The translations under genes and the position numbers were made by a program. A stretch of 62,424 bases of DNA from an uncultured Candidatus Poseidoniales archaeon (GTDB taxonomy: Archaea; Thermoplasmatota; Poseidoniia; Poseidoniales; Thalassarchaeaceae): the NCBI GenBank assembly GCA_964392975.1, contig CAYMRU010000001.1, positions 1-62,424 on the forward strand, read 5' to 3'. The notes beneath the pieces are model-generated. The model searched no databases, was not told the origin of the DNA, and saw only the letters and a list, made by a program, of their open reading frames with translations. This document shows, one piece after another, positions 62,417 to 62,424 of this stretch; position 1 is the stretch's first letter, and the number at the start of each line of letters is the position of its first letter.

Positions 62417-62424
62417 ACCTACTA

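Noticed and set aside
1-62424. Search for mobile elements, prophage, defence islands (CRISPR-Cas, RM, TA, Nudix- or helicase-based systems), inteins and tRNA introns
   Set aside because: I recognised no integrase, transposase, Cas, methyltransferase or nuclease signatures. The helicase is a standard Lhr core. The Nudix gene sits in a metabolic-looking operon. Housekeeping proteins have normal lengths, so there are no intein-sized insertions, and the tRNA is continuous.

Overview
This is a densely packed archaeal chromosomal segment, roughly 95% coding, with many 1-40 nt gene overlaps. I saw no rRNA, CRISPR array, transposase, integrase or prophage signature. The information-processing content is clearly archaeal. 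It includes the exosome superoperon (psmA, SBDS, rrp4, rrp41, rrp42, L37Ae, Pcc1-like, prefoldin beta), the S12-S7-aEF2 block, PAN, PriS, RFC large subunit, Kae1, TiaS, Tsr3, MBF1, Dph6 and four aminoacyl-tRNA synthetases (Met, Pro, Gly, plus an AlaX editing protein). There is one tRNA-Val(GAC). Metabolic modules are: a histidine-utilisation cluster (hutH, hutU, split formimidoyltransferase and cyclodeaminase, hutI), futalosine-type menaquinone genes (mqnD-like, mqnA-like, a radical-SAM MqnC/E, a distant UbiD-like decarboxylase), lower mevalonate and isoprenoid genes (IPK plus an IDI1-GGPPS fusion), split transketolase, CoaBC, a FadA-like thiolase, PurB, TrkAH, GmhA/GmhB-like genes and an archaeosortase. 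The gene content and acidic proteins suggest an uncultured marine planktonic euryarchaeon (Thermoplasmatota, MGII/III-like), but that is inference only. The most interesting candidates are listed here in order. (1) A half-size deoxyhypusine-hydroxylase (DOHH)-like HEAT/His-Glu protein wedged into the mqn cluster. (2) TiaS, whose conserved catalytic N-terminus lies upstream of any ATG/GTG/TTG and overlaps the stop of the preceding gene. (3) A translationally coupled pair: a poly-proline, hyper-acidic repeat protein and an RDD-like membrane protein with a poly-Lys tail, downstream of priS. (4) A coupled UbiD / TPR-like / Nudix operon. (5) The IDI1-GGPPS fusion. (6) A 1763-aa Lhr helicase. Many ORF-track 5' ends were trimmed to internal starts where the extension overlapped a neighbour and homologue N-termini argued for the shorter form. 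All homology statements come from motif recognition by eye and not from database searches.
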